Source: Bacteroidales bacterium Bact_11
Lineage (GTDB): Bacteria; Bacteroidota; Bacteroidia; Bacteroidales; UBA932
Direction of reading: 5' to 3'
Assembly: GCA_001603505.1 (NCBI GenBank)
Contig: LUZC01000012.1
Span: 10,725-74,724, forward strand
Length of the DNA: 64,000 nt
This document shows, piece by piece, positions 62,164 through 64,000 of the stretch. Positions within the stretch are counted from its first letter, which is position 1; the number at the start of each line of letters is the position of its first letter. The position numbers were made by a program, and so were the translations under genes. Below the pieces are notes generated by a model, which made no database searches, was not told the origin of the DNA, and saw nothing but the letters and a program-made list of their open reading frames with translations.

Positions 62164-63879
62164 AACAGCCTTCTGTATAGCGGAGAAGCGGCGTCCGTCG
62201 AGGGTCTGGCCTTCGAGACGGAGATAGTATGCCTCCGGAAGTTCAGGCAGGGCGACGGCGGCTTGGCCGGCTGCGTCGGTGCGGATACAGGGATTCCAGT
62301 ATAGGGTACCCTGGCGGTCGGGGTTACCCGAAGGACTCGGGTCGAAGTTCTTCGGCTGCTGCCAGCCGAGCGGCTGGATGCCGATGGTGGCCTGCTGCTT
62401 TCCCGGACGGTCATTGTCGAATTCCCTCGCGTCATAATGACGCATCTCCAACAAAACAACGGCAGGAGCCTGATAAAGAGCCGCCTCAGCACCACGGAGC
62501 ACATAGATGTTATGTACATCCCGGACAGAAAGCGTATAGGCTTCCGTCCAATCCTCCTGTTTAATGCCGTCGATGTAGAGGACTACGGGACTGAAACTGG
62601 CTGAAGACGATGTTGTCGCCGTGCCTCCACTGATCGAAGCCTGCTGGGATAAGGACGCGCTGCGCATCGTGTACAGATTCCAACCGAAACTATTTCCATT
62701 TTCCATCATCAGCATGATGAAGTTGGGATAGGAAGCGGTGATGTGCAGCATGAGGTTCCGGTCATCGTACTTTTTCAGGTCTTCGCGCAGCTGCACCTGG
62801 CGCCATTCGAATACGGCAGAAAAGGGACCTACGATCCGGTCAGGGCGGTAAAAGGCCGGCTTTCGTTCCGCCGTAATCTTGCTGGCCGTAAGGGTATCGT
62901 CGGCCGGAAGTGGGACTACTGTTCCTTTCAGATATTCACGGATCCTGGCTGTGTCGCGAATCTCCTCCCGGGCAGGCCAGGTCGGACCGTAGTCGAACGG
63001 CTCGGCGAAGCTTTCCGGCTCACTGGCAGGATAGACGTACCAGGCTCCGGTGACATTGACCGAGAACAACGTCCCTTCCGGGAAATCCAGGTCGGGGATG
63101 CGGAAATGCTGTCCCTCTTCGCCTTTCAGGCTGCGACTGCCTTCGACATCCTGGGAATAGTAATAGCCGATGTCCTGCGACATGATGGAAACGCTGTACT
63201 GTTCCGGCAGGTGGCGGCGGATGCTTTTGATGCGGAAATCCACTTCCTGGGCGTATTCGCGCTCGCCCTCCGGGAGTTCCAGGATCGGGACGGATTCTTC
63301 CGGCTTGGATTGGAAATCAAAATCCGCGTAGCGGCTGTTGGTTACTGACAAAGAGAAATTACCTAGAACAGGCGATCCTTCCGCGTCGGTCAGCGCGATC
63401 GACAAACGTCCATCTGCGGACACGGACAGGTCCACTTTCACATCCGTGTCTTTCTCGTTCGCCGAAGCGGCACACGCCTTACCGTAAAGGCCAGGCACCG
63501 GTCCCACACCCCGGATTAACAACCTTGTATGGTACAAAGCCTCCGCCGGCCAGTCTTTCTGCGCCAGCGTGTAGGAGCGCAAGGTGTACCAGCCGCTCTC
63601 CATATCCTGCGGCAGCTCTATCTGCCCGAAGAAGATACCGCCGCGCGATTTGATCTTGATGCGCTGTTCTACGGCGCCGGTTCCGTCGCGCAGCAGTTCC
63701 ACATACAGGAACTTGCTGACCGGATCTCCGTCCTCTTGATCCGTCACCCATCCCCGCAACCACACCGTTTCGCCTGCCGCATACAGCGACCGGTCGCAGT
63801 GCGCCCATACACGCTCCGCCGCCCTGGAAGGAGACCCCGGCCAAAGCAGCAGCAACAATAGCGGGAGGATTCGTTTCAT
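62155..63879 (-). CDS. Secreted MG2-like/Plug-like protein, shorter paralog of 47806-50331
   Basis: RVWAHCDRSLYAAGETVWLRGW, FLYVELL, GNFSLSVTN and VVLYIDGIKQ...VRDVHNIYVL align by eye with the 841-aa paralog. Confidence 0.68.
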   Translation of the reverse strand: MKRILPLLLLLLWPGSPSRAAERVWAHCDRSLYAAGETVWLRGWVTDQEDGDPVSKFLYVELLRDGTGAVEQRIKIKSRGGIFFGQIELPQDMESGWYTLRSYTLAQKDWPAEALYHTRLLIRGVGPVPGLYGKACAASANEKDTDVKVDLSVSADGRLSIALTDAEGSPVLGNFSLSVTNSRYADFDFQSKPEESVPILELPEGEREYAQEVDFRIKSIRRHLPEQYSVSIMSQDIGYYYSQDVEGSRSLKGEEGQHFRIPDLDFPEGTLFSVNVTGAWYVYPASEPESFAEPFDYGPTWPAREEIRDTARIREYLKGTVVPLPADDTLTASKITAERKPAFYRPDRIVGPFSAVFEWRQVQLREDLKKYDDRNLMLHITASYPNFIMLMMENGNSFGWNLYTMRSASLSQQASISGGTATTSSSASFSPVVLYIDGIKQEDWTEAYTLSVRDVHNIYVLRGAEAALYQAPAVVLLEMRHYDAREFDNDRPGKQQATIGIQPLGWQQPKNFDPSPSGNPDRQGTLYWNPCIRTDAAGQAAVALPELPEAYYLRLEGQTLDGRRFSAIQKAVSE

Positions 63880-63884
63880 TCAGT

Positions 63885-64000
63885 TTATTCGTTCCAGTCG
63901 GTCTCTTCGAGTTCAAAGAGATGTTCGACGGTAAGGTGGAAGATGTTGGCGATTTTCAGTGCGAGGACGGTGGAGGGATTGAACCGTCCCTGTTCGATGG
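63885..64000 (-). CDS. XRE/Cro-C1-type helix-turn-helix regulator, C-terminal part (5' end lies outside the window)
   Basis: Manual minus-strand translation: ...IEQGRFNPSTVLALKIANIFHLTVEHLFELEETDWNE*. Stop at 63885-63887, 5 nt before the MG2-like ATG. Not in the ORF track because it is too short or partial. Confidence 0.7.
   Translation of the reverse strand, partial: IEQGRFNPSTVLALKIANIFHLTVEHLFELEETDWNE

Overview
GC-rich (strong GC3 bias) chromosomal segment that looks like Bacteroidota. Evidence: TAnnTTTG '-7' promoter boxes in front of many genes, no Shine-Dalgarno sequences, many lipoprotein and CarboxypepD_reg/TonB-type envelope proteins, and a dcw cluster lacking murF/ddl. A Rikenellaceae/Alistipes-like origin is only a guess from GC content and gene order. 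Coding density is very high. Bases 1-47.6 kb are core housekeeping: nusA-infB, purB, dut, murF, rpsP-rimM, def-ruvX, dxr-rseP, tRNA-Glu-rpsT, radC, upp, miaB, rpoN, cysS, the M3 and M48 peptidases, the complete dcw cluster mraZ-rsmH-ftsL-ftsI-murE-mraY-murD-ftsW-murG-murC-ftsQ-ftsA-ftsZ, then gltX, rpiB and truB. After a 213-nt AT-rich gap, bases 47.8-64 kb are an envelope and regulatory region: two paralogous MG2-like secreted proteins each linked to a regulator, a BlaI/BlaR1-TonB/TPR operon, an ECF sigma module, a large beta-barrel outer-membrane protein with a mini ExbB-like protein, a membrane LytTR protein, and a secreted hydrolase. I saw no rRNA, CRISPR array, transposase, integrase or prophage genes. 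The most interesting signal is non-coding. A ~110-nt element occurs twice in inverted orientation (5271-5383 and 10537-10644). Each copy carries a near-consensus sigma-54 promoter (TGGCAC-N5-TTGC), an identical 51-nt core and an intrinsic terminator with a compensatory stem change, so together they are a candidate pair of sigma-54-dependent small RNAs. Other non-coding signals: a four-box, 10-bp-phased putative MraZ operator; an orphan promoter-plus-terminator unit upstream of the LytTR gene; a 125-bp palindrome with perfect 25-nt arms; and a fixed 4-nt spacing between -7 boxes and ATGs that implies leaderless mRNAs. Several ORF-track starts were moved downstream where the track ran through a promoter, a tRNA or a neighbouring gene. 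All family assignments rest on motif recognition by eye and need HMM/BLAST confirmation.
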